Assembly: GCA_951406725.2 (NCBI GenBank) | Contig: OX597818.1 | Coordinates: 17,918,001 to 17,982,000, forward strand | Length of the DNA: 64,000 bases | Reading direction: 5' to 3' | Origin: Octopus vulgaris | Taxonomy: Eukaryota | In this document: positions 1 to 13,725 of the stretch, piece after piece | Layout: each line of letters begins with the position of its first letter | Numbering within the stretch: the stretch's first letter is position 1 | Notes under the pieces: generated by a model | Seen by the model: the letters and a program-made list of their open reading frames with translations, nothing else | Database searches by the model: none | Told to the model about the DNA's origin: nothing | Made by a program: the position numbers and the translations under genes

Positions 1-570
1 GCCATGCTAAAGGTCTTCACTCACGTAAGGTGTTGTTATCTGTTTGGTGGGATATGAAAGGTTTAGTCCAATTTGAACTTTTAAACCCAAACCAAATGAT
101 AACAAAGGAGATTTACTGCGAGTAACTTGAGCGGCTTAAGTCAGTGCTAGAAGGAAAACAGCCATCTTTGCTTTCAAGATGAAAGGTATTCTTCCATCAG
201 GATAATGCTTGGTCACATACAGCGAGGATGACATTCCAAAGGCTGGAGCAGTCTGAATGGGAAACGATGCCCCACCTACCATATTTGCCAGGCATTGCCC
301 CATCAGATTATCATTTAAACCCACAGTCTTCAAAATCATTTGGCCAGAAGAAATATGAATTCTGTAGACGAGGTCAGAACAGTACTGGAGGAGTATTTTT
401 CGTCAATGACAAGTGAATTTTGGAAGAGGGGCCTTGCAAGTCTACAAGATAGATGGAAGAGCATTGTAGAAAATGAAGGAGAGTATATTTTAGATTAAAA
501 AAGAACTTTATTTATCTTAATTTTGAAAAATAAAAGTACAAAAAACCGTATTATTTATAGGATGACCCAA
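1..570 (+). mobile_element. mariner (Tc1/mariner DD34D) transposon, 3' part, decayed
   Basis: Translation gives KVLLSVWWDMKG...FHQDNA...PHLPYLPGIAPSDYHL...GEYILD*. The D at 201-203 and the D at 306-308 are 34 codons apart. Stops and frameshifts are present. A right TIR-like end (...aaaaccgtattatttataggatgacccaa) is followed by TA. Confidence 0.9.
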
Positions 571-731
571 TATATATATGTATGTGTGTGTGTGTGTCTG
601 TGTATATTGTGTGTATTTGTGTATGTGTGTATATGTGTGTGCATACGTATACATACAACTGAACGAAGAACAATACTGGATGAGTATATTGAATGGAAAC
701 GTCTACAAACGACTCTCACAGTAACAGATTG

Positions 732-733
<2 letters not shown>

Positions 734-805
<72 letters not shown>

Positions 806-1156
806 ATATGTCTTTCTGTTTTTGTATTTCTGTCTTTCTTTTCTGTGTTTCTTTTTTGTTAAAGCTGTTTTATACTTTTTCTTTTTTTCTTCCTCCTTTT
901 TTTGTCTCTTTCTCTTTGCTGTGCTGTTGCATTCTTCTTTTCTATTCTTTTCTATATTTCTGAAAAGGTTTTGTAACATCCAGGAGAATAAAACGATGTG
1001 ATGATGATGATGATGATGATGATAATGATGATGATGATGATGATGATGATGATAATGATGATGATGATGATGATAGACTTGTTGATAAAAAGGAAAACAA
1101 AATAACAGAAATTGAGAAGAGGCAAATATCTTAGTGGTAGTAGTAGTAGCAGCAGC

Positions 1157-1195
<39 letters not shown>

Positions 1196-1880
1196 TGTTG
1201 TTGTTGTTATTGTAGTATGAACAGTTATTATAGTTCTTTGTGTCATGTTAAAACACTCTCCCTTCAGACATGCTCATTGACACACACACATACACACACA
1301 CACACATCCCCCCCACACACACTGACTCATACACAACGACATAAATATATATATATGCTGTATATTCATATATGCTGTACATATATATATATATATATAT
1401 GCACACTCAAATATATAAAATATATATATGTTTGTATGGCACTGTATGTGTTTGTGAGTATGTGAGTGTGTATGTGGGGGGAGCATCTCTCTCTCTCTCT
1501 GCATATATATATATATATATATATATACAGATTCTAGATCAATAGTATTGATTGATAAACGCTGTTAAAATATATTGAAGCAATAGGTCAGTGAATTTGG
1601 TGTAGAGGGCAGTGTTGTAGCTTATTCTTTCAGTGACTCCAGACAGTCGATACTGGCCATGCTGGGGCACTGCCAAAATTTATTATAACTAGTTCTTGCA
1701 TCTCTCTCAAAGTGGTGATGTTGATGTAATGACCAAAACGATGGTGGCGGCAGTGGCGATAAGTAGTAGTGGTGGTGGTGGTGGTGGTTGTGGTGGTGGT
1801 GGTGGTAGTGATGGTGGTGGTGGTGGTGGTGGTGATGGTGGTGGTGGTGGTGATGGTGGTGGTGGTGGTGACCAGCCCCA
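734..1880. repeat. microsatellite cluster: (TA)n, (GAT)n, (TAG)n, (CA)n, (GGT)n
   Basis: Directly visible simple repeats; they explain the poly-YI/H/T/S/G ORFs. Confidence 0.95.
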
Positions 1881-4204
1881 GGCCAGTCATGGTCATGCCA
1901 CTCTACGTATAGTGTGTAAGCTGTCAGCTGAATGATGAGGTTCAACCTACAGATCTATTATCGTCGTTGTACCATGTCACAATCTAGCTGAGGATCATAT
2001 TACACATTTGAGGATCATATTACACATTTCTCCCGTGTGCAGTGCTGACTTGTATGGGAGTGGGGGAGGGGACAGTATGATAGTTTGAATATGTTACGCT
2101 TTCTCCACTGTCCAGTCCATGCCTATACGTCTCAAAGATTCCGAAGGTAGCTACAGTGGAGATGGTCTTGAAAGATTACCACGAGCATGTAACAATTGAA
2201 GAGTTCTCTCTACCTTACTTTGTCACCATTTAAAAGCCAGTTGTTTTACTGCATGTACTGGGTACATTTTGACGAGCCTCTACAAGACTAAGAAGTAATT
2301 TGTGGTAAAAACAACATACATTTATAACTGCTTTGGAATGTATATATTCTCTATTTGGTCAGCTCTAACATGATTAATAATCTGATTCTACTAACTGTAT
2401 TGAGTCTAACCATCATTAATGATTTTTTTAATAAATTGATTTATAACAACAAATACTACATTTACCTATAAATGCATGTATTTGTGTGTGTGTGTGTACA
2501 TTTATATACCCTTACACTGACTAACAGATGTCATTCTTTCACTCAATTTCATTTTACTTCTCCTTCTATTTGTTGTTTCACAACCTCCTACTTCGACACT
2601 CTCCTGTATAGAAAATGTATATCAATAGCTATTTATTATATGTGGATAGTATTTTATTTAATCATATCACCAAATAATTATATCATTAAAAATATTATTT
2701 AATTTACTTAATGGCAACTAATGTATTATATATAAATCAGGATAACTGTTGATGTTATATCTTGACAAGATTCTATATATAGCGATTTAGATAAAAAGTT
2801 TTATGAACACCTAAGGACAGTACATACATATTGTTTGGTGAGGGACGATTATCCCAAAGCAAACCTGTAAGAAGAAACCCAATTACTTTTCTGCTTACTT
2901 AAAAAATAATAGGGTGTTTTCACATCATCTCAACATCCATATACAAGGCTTAATAAGTAGATTTCTTTATATTAGACGTGTTTCAGGTATTTTGCTGTGT
3001 TCTAATCCTCCTCATCATCATTTAACAACTGTGTTCTATGTTGGCATAGGTTGGACTATTCGATGTGATCTGGTGAACCAGAGTACTATGACAAGCTCCA
3101 CTGTCTGCTTTGGCATGATTGCTATCACTGGATACCCTTCCTAATGCCAACTACTTTACAAAGTATACTGGAGATTTTTTTGTGACACCGGCACTAGTAG
3201 GGTCATCAAATAACTCACAAGACAGACCCTTCGACTGAGTAGATGTGAAGTCTTGACAGAAGTGACTTTGTACCAGTTGTTGAGAAGCTTAGATGTAACA
3301 GAATGACAAGATCATATGTCTTACTGTAAAGAAGATACACAGCTACTCCAGCTGGAAAGAGAGATGATGGTGATGAGGTGTTAGGGCGTACCCTCAAGAT
3401 ACAAGAAGGTGAATATAAGAAAGAATAGGGACAGAGGGTCGGGAGGATGAGCAGGTAAGTTCATGAGAGTGTGAAAGGAGAGTGACAAATGATTAGAGAT
3501 GAGGAAAGAGGGCAACTGAAGTGAATGATGAACATGGATGGAAGTGTAGTCGATAGTAAATATTACTTGGGGAGGAGGTGAAAAAAATAGGACTTGTTCA
3601 GGTGGAGGTAATAAGAGACAGTTCAAAAAGGTGAGGGCAAGTAGCAACAGTATAATAAAACTATAGAAAGATGAGAAATGTGTTGTGTGTGTGGAGTTAG
3701 AGAGGGAAGCACAGTGAAAAATATTGAGGTCAGAGGTACGCAGGGGTGGAAATAGTGAGTATATATACTATTTAATATGTATTAAGTATATTTTGTAAGA
3801 CACACACACACACGCACACACACACACACACATACACACACACACACGTATATATAATGTCGTTTCGTTTACTTGCTCTTTAATTCTTTTTTATGATTTT
3901 AAAATTATTTTTTCACACCATCAGTGATAGTGAATAATATTTTATTTGTGTGTGTGTGTGTGTGTGTGTGCATGTATGTGTGTGCTTTCCACTGAAAATA
4001 AATATGCGTCTACTTCCCACATAAAGAATGATAAACAAAAAATAAATAAATGATAAATTTATTTAATGACAGAAAAGAAAGAAAAGAAATATAAAAAAGA
4101 GAAAGAAAACAAAAGAAAAAGAAATAATTATGTAGAGAAATACAGATAGAATAGAAAACATAGCTCTCTCTCTCTCGCTCTCTCTCTCTCTATATATCTA
4201 TATA

Positions 4205-4325
<121 letters not shown>

Positions 4326-4720
4326 AGAAATTAAGAAAAAGGATAGAAATGAAGAAAGGAAAAATGAATGAAAGAAGGAAAGAAAGAAAGACAGAATTGT
4401 TGCATGGTTTATACAAAGAAGTTCAGGAAATTAAGATTTCAAAGAATGAAAACCACGAAGACAGTCTGGCTGGAAACTTTTTCTTATACTTAAGAGATGA
4501 AATACATTACAAAAGATAATAACGATGATGATGACAATGATGATGATGATGATGATGATGATGATTGTGATCGTTATGGTGGTGGAAATGGCAATGGTAA
4601 TAGCGATGAAAATAATGATTGTTGATGTTCAGAATATTGGTGATGATGATGATGATGATGATAGCTGTGTATTTTGAAAAGCTAACCAACTATATATATA
4701 TATAAATAAGTATATATAAG

Positions 4721-4779
<59 letters not shown>

Positions 4780-5371
4780 CGTATATATACACGCATAGTA
4801 TAAGAAGAGTAAATAATATGATGTCTTTAGAAATATGAATATTGGAGAAAAGCATATGTATTCGTTCATTCATACGTTTTCTTTTCCATGCAGGCATAAA
4901 TAGAAGGAAGACTTATAAAGGCTGTATTTTTAAACTAACCATATACCCTTCCTGTTATCAATAGCAGTGTTGTGAATAAAGCTGACTTCAGTGGGACCCT
5001 GTTTGTAGCAAGAATAAGTTGTTCTATGCAACAGCTAGCACTGCTACTGATTTGTTGTGGTATGGCAGGATAGTTCACAGTGGGATGTGTCTCTTTGTAC
5101 ACATCTTTGAAACCTCATTATCATCTACAGAAATATCTTCTGAAGATTATCAAAGAATAAAAAATATTCCTTACTAACGACAGAAGCAGCATTAGTTCAA
5201 AATAGCAGTCAATACTTAAAGTAGATACATCATTGAAAGCCTGTTAAACTGTGGTATTCTCCTCTGGAAAGCATCTCTTATAGACGTGTAATGTTTAAAA
5301 AGAACAGAAAATCGTCCAGCAGAGATTTTCGTTTGCTGCTGATATATTTCTGTGTTTTTTAAAACTATTCG

Positions 5372-5584
5372 AGCAAGGTCATTGCCAGTACCGCCTGACT
5401 GGCCCCCATGCTGGTGGCACGTAAAAAGCACCCACTACATTCTCGGAGTGGTTGGCGTTAGGAAGGGCATCCAGCTGTAGAAACTCTGCCAGATCAAGAT
5501 TGGAGCCTGGTGCAGCCATCTGGTTCGCCAGCCCTCAGTCAAAATCGTCCAACCCATGCTAGCATGGAAAGCGGACGTTAAACA

Positions 5585-5626
<42 letters not shown>

Positions 5627-5637
5627 GTGATAGTGAT
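5372..5637 (+). mobile_element. 5'-truncated RTE 3'UTR copy with (GAT)n tail (family A)
   Basis: gcacgtaaaaagcacccactac...gttaggaagggcatccagctgtagaaac...catgctagcatggaaagcggacgttaaac(gat)n matches the 3'UTR of the RTE at 31535-34358. Confidence 0.85.
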
Positions 5638-5829
5638 ACGTCTACAAGAAATGCTTTTTCAGGAACGATACTGCAAATTAGCTGGCTTCCAACCAAATAT
5701 CTACTTTGAGTATGATATACAAACTTCTATAATAAAAAGAATGCTTCTCTCATTATAACCAATGAAGCATCAATGCTTCTTGTCAATATATTATGTTTAA
5801 TAGATATTTTAACCCATCTATCCATCGAG

Positions 5830-6580
5830 TTTTGCTGCCCACTATTCCTGAGAGAATCATGGGGATTGGAGTCCTTAGGCACCTCCTCCTTAGGATTCTA
5901 TCAGAAGTAACTTTCATTAAACTTCCCTGCTGACTTCCCAAGCGTGATTAGTTGAGATTATAGATATCCAGCCATATTGTTCTTGATCTACCCCTTGGTC
6001 TTCTTATTTCTTTACTGCCCACAAGGGGGTTCACACAGAGGGGACAAACAAGGACAGACAAAGAGGTTAAGTTGATTACATCGACCCCAGTGCATAACTG
6101 GTACTTAATTTATTGACCCCGAAAGGATGAAAGGCAAAGTCAACCTCTGCAGAATTTGAACTCAGAACATAACGGCAGACAAAATACCGTTAAGCATTTC
6201 GCCTGGCATGCTAACATTTCTGCCAGCTTGCCACCTTCATTTACTCCTAGGTCTTCTGCCGGTGGTCTCACCTTGAAGAATCCATTTTGCAGTTCTTTTC
6301 TAAGTCATTCTAACCACATGTCTGTGGAATCGGGGCTGTGACATCTAAACATGGAGAAGTAGCGGCTCGACCTAGAGAAAGAGAGAGAGAGAGAGATTCT
6401 CTGTTCTCAAAACTATGAACCTTGTCAAGTAACATTACTCCAGAGGCCCTTCAGAGGAACCCCACTTTGGTGGCTTGTATTCACAATCGTACGTTACCCA
6501 GCATTCATGACTAAAGGTGAGGACAGGCATGAAAATCAATTTGAAAATATGACAACAATGATTAGAAACAGGGATCCTTT
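5830..6580 (-). mobile_element. RTE-clade LINE 3' fragment, decayed, interrupted by a SINE
   Basis: Minus strand reads IFKLIFMPVLTFSHECWVT...IQATKVGFL...EPLLLH...RHVVRM...GRRPR|RRPRGRSRTIWLD, typical of the RTE RT C-terminal region. Confidence 0.7.
6005..6238 (-). mobile_element. tRNA-headed SINE (family B)
   Basis: Reverse complement of aggcggtgagctggcagaa...ctgagttcaaattc...gcctttcatcctttcggggtcgataaa...gtaccag. Flanked by a degenerate duplication (agaagaccaagg/agaagacctagg on the minus strand). Confidence 0.85.
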
Positions 6581-6621
6581 CCAAGATAAGCTTTTGACAA
6601 GTAGGAATTTTGACAAGTAGG

Positions 6622-6700
6622 AATTTCGACCGTGTTTCGTGGTCTGCTACCACAACAGCTCCTTTATAGGATCCAGTTAGCTCAAGACATCATCAGGAGG
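6622..6700 (-). ncRNA. type I hammerhead ribozyme motif in a GC-rich pLTR-like segment
   Basis: Minus strand: CTGATGA tgtct...agacca c GAAAC acg GTC. Stem I is imperfect. A possible second, degenerate motif lies at 6700-6780 (ggcccc...ggggcc GAAAC cg). Confidence 0.55.
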
Positions 6701-7089
6701 AACCACGTCCGGTTTCGGCCCCTACTCCTCTACCGTTTTGACGTGGCGGGGCCCCCCCTTTCGGAGGTGTCTTCAGCTTCTGATTTTGGATGCGTGTCTT
6801 CTTTCTTCTGTTCCCTGGCCTCTTCGATGTATTGTCAGCGAGTGTCAGCCGATGACTGACTGTCTTGTCAAATTTTTCCCTTTAAATACCTGCCGCATAG
6901 GCTCCAGCAGGCAGCCCCAGCAAGTTGTCATGTGACACTGTCTCACCGTAACTGACTAGTGAAGGCGCGTAGTTTCAGCCCGCGCTTTTTCTAAACGACC
7001 GTCACCTGTCAGTCAGCATAGACACAACAGCGAGTTGTACCAAGCAATCAACGTTGTAGAGATACTGTGAAAATGTTCAGACTCTCCAC

Positions 7090-7580
7090 CAACATGTGAT
7101 TTGATTGCAACTTACTCTTTCATGTAACCTCCTTGTTAGCTAAAGTTTTATTCATGTATGGTAACCTCAGTTTCAGACAAGACCTACTGAATGACACTAG
7201 ACTTATTGCCAGAACTATAGCAGTCCACTGCATCACTACAGAAATTATTACTGATTGAAAAAGAGGAGACAATGTATTAACACCAACTGAGGATTTAGTG
7301 CCAAGTGATATAATACTACACTTTACTTTCAAAGAAAGCAGGCCTCCGTTGTCCCTTCATTTGCTATGACTTTTGACAAGCTTCAAGATCAGTTATTTGA
7401 TATAATTGGAGTTTAGTTAACAAAGTTTGCATTTAGTCATGGCCAGCTGCATGTTGTTTTAGGAAAAAACTAAAAATAGTAGAAATTTCAAGTTACTAAT
7501 TATTTTGTCAAAATGTCAGGACGTGTTATATTATACACTAAAGTATATACAAAGTAAATTGTTCTTAGAGAACTTATAGT
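7090..7580 (+). mobile_element. Helitron Rep/Hel C-terminal (PIF1-type helicase) remnant
   Basis: Translation NLSFRQDLLNDTRLI...TEIITD*KRGDNVLTPTEDLVPSD...FTFKRKQASVVPSFAMTFDKLQDQ...FAFSHGQLHVVL matches the PIF1/Helitron motifs NGTRL, FAMTINKSQGQ and FSHGQLYVA. Confidence 0.8.
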
Positions 7581-7654
7581 CTAAATGTGCATTTAGTATA
7601 TTTCTCAAAATATATGATGTTTACAAGCTGCATTGCATGTATTTATTATTATTT

Positions 7655-7957
7655 TTATGAGCCTTTTTCAAGCCTAGCCAGGCTCATGGGCCCGGTTTCC
7701 TGGTTTTTATGGCGTATGTGTTCCCCCCAGCTGGACGGGACACCAGTCCATCACAGTGTTACTCAAGAAACAGGAAGAAAGAGTGGGAGAAAGTTCGAGT
7801 GAAAGAGTACAACAGGGGTCCCCCTCCTGCCAGAGCCTTGTGGAGCTTTAGGTGTTTTTGCTCAATAAACACACACAATGCCTGGTCTAGGAATCAAAAC
7901 CGCAATCCTCCGACCGCGAGTCTGCTGCCCTAACCACTGAGCCATTGCGCCTCCACA
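7655..7957 (-). mobile_element. tRNA-headed SINE (family F)
   Basis: Minus strand starts gtggaggcgcaatggctcagtggttagggc (A box) and has ggttttgattcct (B-box-like), followed by a non-tRNA body. Confidence 0.75.
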
Positions 7958-9058
7958 TTGCATATATTACATATTTTATATTATATATTATATTAGGACA
8001 ATGGTATAAATATTGTAACGTAAATTTCAAGCCATACAATATTCTTTCTAATTTTGACACAAGGCTGGTAGCGACCCCAGTGCTCAACATGCACTTATTT
8101 TATCGATCCCAAAAGGATAAAAAGCAAAGTTACCCTCGGCAGCATTAGAAATCAATATAAGAAGCCAGAAGAATAGCCACTCAGTATTTTATCCTACATG
8201 ATTGCCATTCTGCTAGCTTGATGCCTTAGGTTTCAAATTTTGGCACAAGGCCAGCAATTTTTAGGAGGAGGTGTTAGTCAATTACATTGCCATCCGTGCT
8301 CAAACGGTACTTAAACTCAGAATTAAAGAGTTAGAAGAAATGCTGCTGGGCAATTTATCTGACATGCTAATGATTCTGCCAGCTCACTGGCTTCTATCTG
8401 TATAATACATGCTGCAAATATTACTGAAAACTGCAATCACTAACATGAAAATAATGTAAATACTGTTGTAAACAGCATTCTGCAAACTAGTGTAAAATGT
8501 AGATATTGTAGTAAAGTAAAATCTCTCTGAAATAATTAAATGTTGTTAATAACACTTTAAAATGCTAGATTATGAAATACAAAATTGCATACTACAGCCT
8601 GTATTACAATGTAAAATATAAATATGTCAGAATAAAACAACCAGTATAATACCACAAAATGTAAATATGATATTTAATTGCAATTTGTGCTATATTATCC
8701 ATTATAAAATAAATGCTATTGCAAAATGAAATCTGTATCATATTGTATAATTTTGTAAAAGTTGTTGTAAATTGTAACGTATAGCTTATGACAAATATTA
8801 TTGTGAACAGCAATTTATCAAACCATATTGTTAATATAGCAAGTATTAATTACTTGTACATTATTTCAGAGATTTGCAAATAAATTAGTGATTATCAGTG
8901 AAGGATTGAAAATGTCATTCATTACATCATAACGCCACAAGAATTTTCATAATAATTATTTATTGGGATCTTAGATGTAAATAAACAAAAGAAAAAAAAC
9001 ATCTGTTTTTCATTTATGTGTATATTTTTAAAAATTGACTAATGATGATGATGATGGA

Positions 9059-9090
<32 letters not shown>

Positions 9091-9120
9091 CGATGACGAC
9101 GATGATGATAATAAATACAG

Positions 9121-9893
9121 TGATACTGCGCCAGGCACTGGCTTTCATGGCTTCTGATCTTAAGTGATTGGAAGTGTTATCATGCACATGTTTTGTCTTG
9201 GTGTAAAAGATGGGCTACAGCAAATATTCTGCTCAATACTACAGATTTGCTTGTCAGTTGCTTGACTTTAACCAGTTGAGCATGTCCCTTGGTGGCTGAC
9301 GATATGTGCATCTCTAAAAAGAAGCAGAAGTAGTTGGGGAGCATCATAGCCATATGCTGAGTGGAATTCTTTAGGATTTGAATAATTCACATGGGTGTTC
9401 CATTCAACATCCTTAAACAACTCTTATTCAGGGACCTTTTGAGTGGGATGGGCTATTTGATCGGAAGAAAATTCCAGCAAGACTCCACCTGCAAGGTCAT
9501 ATGCTGTTTATTTTGATATATCACCATGTCATGCACATATGGTTGTGATGCATGTGCCTGATGTATCCTTATCAGATGAGTAGTCGTGATGGTAAATTAG
9601 GCGGTGAGCTGGCTGAAGCGTTAGCACGCCGGGCGAAATGCTTAGCAGTATTTCGTCTGCCGTTACGTTGTGAGTTCAAATTCCACCGAGGTCGACTTTG
9701 CCTTTCATCCTTTCGGGGTCGATTAAATAAGTACCAGTTACGCACTGGGGGTCGATGTAATCGACTTAATACCTATGTCTGTCCTTATTTGTCCCCTCTG
9801 TGTTTAGCCCCTTGTGGGTAATAAAGAAATAGGTATATTAGGCTTCATATATTTGTACATCAGTGTCACTTTGATGGCATGCGCTGCTCTCTC
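9121..9893 (-). mobile_element. unclassified ~555-bp interspersed element (family E), interrupted by SINE B
   Basis: Reverse complement of 22532-23087. It resumes at ~9836 after the SINE insertion (ggtaaatt/ggtatatt TSD-like). Confidence 0.85.
9598..9832 (+). mobile_element. tRNA-headed SINE (family B), near full length
   Basis: aggcggtgagctggctgaagcgttagcacg...gagttcaaattccaccgaggtcgactttgcctttcatcctttcggggtcg...gccccttgtgggtaataaagaaatagg. Confidence 0.9.
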
Positions 9894-9989
9894 TTGTAAT
9901 AATATTAATAATCAATTCTATATTCCGTCATTTTTGACAGCAAATTATGTCCCTTTACTTTATGTGTTCAAATCCCTACCACTGTTAAA

Positions 9990-11100
9990 TTTGTCTTTCA
10001 ATATTCTAGAACTGATTATATAAGTGTCATCTGGATATTTCTTCTCATGTAAGTAATGAGTGAATGGCTCAGATTTTCCATTCAAATATAACCCAGATAT
10101 GAGTGAGTTCTTTTGTGTAACTCTCTTTGCCACAATACATAGTCTATATCTTCTGCTGCTATTTGAGTAAAGCTTGTACTTTTCAGTTATTCTCCATCCT
10201 ATGAATTTTGCGGCTTTCTCTTTCGAAAACAATTTATATTTGGTTACTCTCGTGATCTTTCCACTTCTTATACTCTCTGAATGAAATGTGGTTATAGAGC
10301 TTCCGTCATTCCAGTGTAGGGTTTCAGACAGAATGCATTATTTTTTGGTTCCCTAGATTTGATTTCTCACTCATATAAAACGCCCACTGTGTTGCAGTGA
10401 GCATGCAAAATTACCTATCCATGAGCAACCAGCCTCAGTACTGGAGGAGGATTTGAGCGAAACTACTGTTTCATGTTAGCTGTACAACTGAAAGAATATA
10501 AACATGTATCTATTAAGTAATGTTTAATTTTTATGAGTAGGTGAGAAAATGCTTGTTAAGTAATCTAAGGAAAGTGCTACCTATGTTGGGCTTAATTTTT
10601 AAAGAGAAAGTGAGTGTGAACTAAACAACTTTGTTACGTCATTTCTCTTTGGAAGATCCAAATGGAGTATACAGGCATTCTTCTTTTTGAACCCTCTTGC
10701 TACTAGGGCGTTATTGGATTATGGTGCAATTCTATCAAGTATCTCTGTACTACAAGACAGATCCCAAATTTTTCTTATGCTTTTAACTTGGTTCTTGAGC
10801 ACCAGTATGCTGGTAAAACACAGGTGAATTTACTGAAAGGCTTGTCTAAACAGAAGAGGTTAATTTTAATGGTGATTCTAAGTCCAAAAAGCCTGAAACC
10901 TTGAAGAATGTCCTTCTTTAGCTTATTCTGTATAATCCAAAGGCGGCAGATTCAAACTACTTATTTGGAATGTGCAAATATTGACACTATCAAATGACTC
11001 ATTCCCGTGTCTAAAAAACTGGTTGGGTCACATTGCTTCAACCAGCTTGAGCTTTTATTAAAGAGGTTCTTCCAGATATACAGTAGATGCGAACAATGTA
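9990..11100 (-). mobile_element. Penelope-like element remnant (RT thumb plus GIY-YIG), highly decayed
   Basis: Minus-strand peptides QNKLKKDILQGFRLFGLRITIKIN, KPNIGSTFLRLLNKHF and GWRITEKYKLYSNSSRRYRLC...LNGKSEPF align by eye with [39 protein letters not shown] and QWKILARCKPYTNGSGRCGLC of the PLE at 36-37.6 kb. Confidence 0.7.
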
Positions 11101-11584
11101 TAACAGGAAAGTGACTGAAACAATAGAACTTGATGAAACATCGGTTATACTTGAATGCAAAATCTGAGACTACATCTCCTTGTATGCAGGAGAGGAAGTA
11201 TGTTCTCTTTTGCTAGACTACACTGCCATGAGATAATTCCATTTGTTAACACCTTCATACTGTCTATTTTACTACCTTCATGATATCTAATACTATGTAG
11301 CCACATGTCAACTAATCTATTCTGCAGTCATCTGATGGTACCGTATATGTATCTAATCGCAAGATTGTTTTTATTAGGTGTTATGTATGAATAAACATAA
11401 GATTCAAAGTTGTGGTTTTCTTCAAATCATAAAGAGTTACATTCAACTGAAAGCAAATTTAAGGTGGTAGATGTCATAGCAGAGTAAAATGAATTGATTT
11501 TTTTACTATAGATTCTATACAAGAATATCAATGATTTCATTTTTAAAGCTAGTATATTCTTTATATTTATATATTATATATATA

Positions 11585-11615
<31 letters not shown>

Positions 11616-11832
11616 ATATATATATATATATACATATTATATATATATATGTATGTATATATGTGTGTATGTGTGTGTGTGTGTGTGTGTGTGTACATGT
11701 GTTAGTTGTCTCAGCACAGTGAGGGTTCTAGAAAATTTACAACAGAAAGTTTACAGAGACATATCTTTTCAGCAGCACCTAAATATTTTTAGGTAATATC
11801 ACTCTCCCCTTCTCTCTCTTTTTTGTTCTACT

Positions 11833-11889
<57 letters not shown>

Positions 11890-12329
11890 CATATAAATGT
11901 ATTATTTGGTATTCTTGATAAACCAGTAGAAAAGAATACAACATTTACTGGTGGTAAGATTCTATACATTTCATAGAGTAAATGTTATTGATAATATTGA
12001 TTTGATTGAGAGTCCCAAATTTAGTTTTTTATGGCTTGAATAAGCCATTACATGTAAAAATTGTGCATGCACACACATGTACATACACATATGTATGCAT
12101 ACACACACACACACACACACACACATACATATACACATGCATACATATGTACATATATATATATTATTAATTTTAATAATACTGTGTGTTTGTGTGTGTA
12201 TGTAAGAACATGTATATATGTATATATTAATGCAATTGAAACAATTATTGGATTTTTAAGGTGTGATCTAAATTAAAGATATGATTTTCTTCATATATAT
12301 ATATATATATATATATAGATGCACATGCA

Positions 12330-13542
12330 AAGGCTTCAAGAGGGAGTGAAGACATATTTGGTAATTTAATAAAATATCTCTAATCTAGAAAAAAACTAAA
12401 TGTATTTTAATAAAAATTTTAATGAAATTATTCTATGAATCTGCCTTCATCTTCAGTGACTACTTCAATGCAGGACCAGTATCGTTGTCAGGCCTGCACT
12501 AACAGACCGTTTTTCTCTTTAGACATCATCCAAACAATGGTGGCCTTCAGTGAAGTTATGGTATTGTGAAAATGCTGATTAGTCTCTATTTTAACAATGC
12601 TCCAAACATTGTAATCTATGAGGTTTAAGTCTGGCGAGTTTGAAGACCATACATTTGGGGTTATTTGATCGCAAAGATTGTCTTATACCCATTATTGGGT
12701 TACGTGAAATTTGTGAGAAGGTGGTGAGTATTGTTGAAATACATATGGCCTTCCACTGTGTACTTCATGCACCCTAGGCTTAACATCTGTCTCTAACATC
12801 TTGATGAATCTAGCAACACTAATTCTAAGATCATATGGGATGCCATGCAAGTCCTTCATTATTCACCACTTTTAAAACTATCACAATTCATGGAAATTTA
12901 GCGTACATCACCTTGGGGCATCAGAAAGATTTGCACATAGCCATCTGTCATTTCTTCTGTTGGATTATTAGTCTTGGCCGAAGTTTTTCTCATCAGAGAA
13001 GAACAGATGTATGCTATATTCGTGAAGGCTTTTAACCTTGTTAAGAAGCCACTTGGCATGAATCAAACAGATTTCCTCTCTTTGCTGACACGAATTGGCC
13101 TCTCCTCGGTGCATACAACTTACATCAAATGTCCTCATGCACCACAATGCTGACAGTACACCACGACACCTGAAGTTCCTTGGCAATGACCATTGATTTT
13201 CCATCATCAAGATCAATAATATCTTGAAACCTTTGAATGAATTGCGAGTGTTCTTATATGGTCAGAAAGTTTAGAATTTCTTTGTTCTCTTTGATACAGT
13301 TGAAACACTGGTGCCAGAGGCTTCCAACTCTATTTGAACTTCATGTACAAAAGGTCTTGAAACATTTAGAAAGTTAGCAATTTCTAAATCGCTGTGTACT
13401 GCACATATAGGAACAATGAATGCATGTCTTTTCATTTCTTTTGTAAACATTTTATCTGCCATGGCAGATCTGAAAGAAATAAAAGATTTGAAGAGAGTAA
13501 TATACTCATAATTAGATGTCCTCAAATACACTCTGCACCCTG
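12330..13542 (-). mobile_element. maT-type (DD37D) Tc1/mariner-superfamily transposon, decayed
   Basis: Minus strand has an HTH-like N-terminus (SDLEIANFLNVSRPFV), FFSDEKNF, PYVFQQ(D>Y)SPP and VWSSNSPDLNLIDYNVW, with 37 codons between the last two catalytic positions. The terminus TA|CAGGGTG lies at 13542; the other end is unclear. Confidence 0.85.
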
Positions 13543-13680
13543 TATATATCTACATGTATATATGTGTGTATGTATATATATATATATATATATAAGCCAA
13601 TAGTTCTTGCAACCCTTAAACCTTTTAGAAAATCATTCTTCATTTGCACAACTGTATAGTACATATATATGTAGAGGAAG

Positions 13681-13725
<45 letters not shown>

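Noticed and set aside
4962-5047. Hairpin as a possible pre-miRNA (tagcagtg...cactgcta)
   Set aside because: Only an 8-bp terminal stem, with no recognisable mature sequence.
8430-8895. Weak inverted symmetry (aatctctctgaaataat/attatttcagagatt)
   Set aside because: Short matches in very AT-rich DNA that cannot be distinguished from chance by eye.
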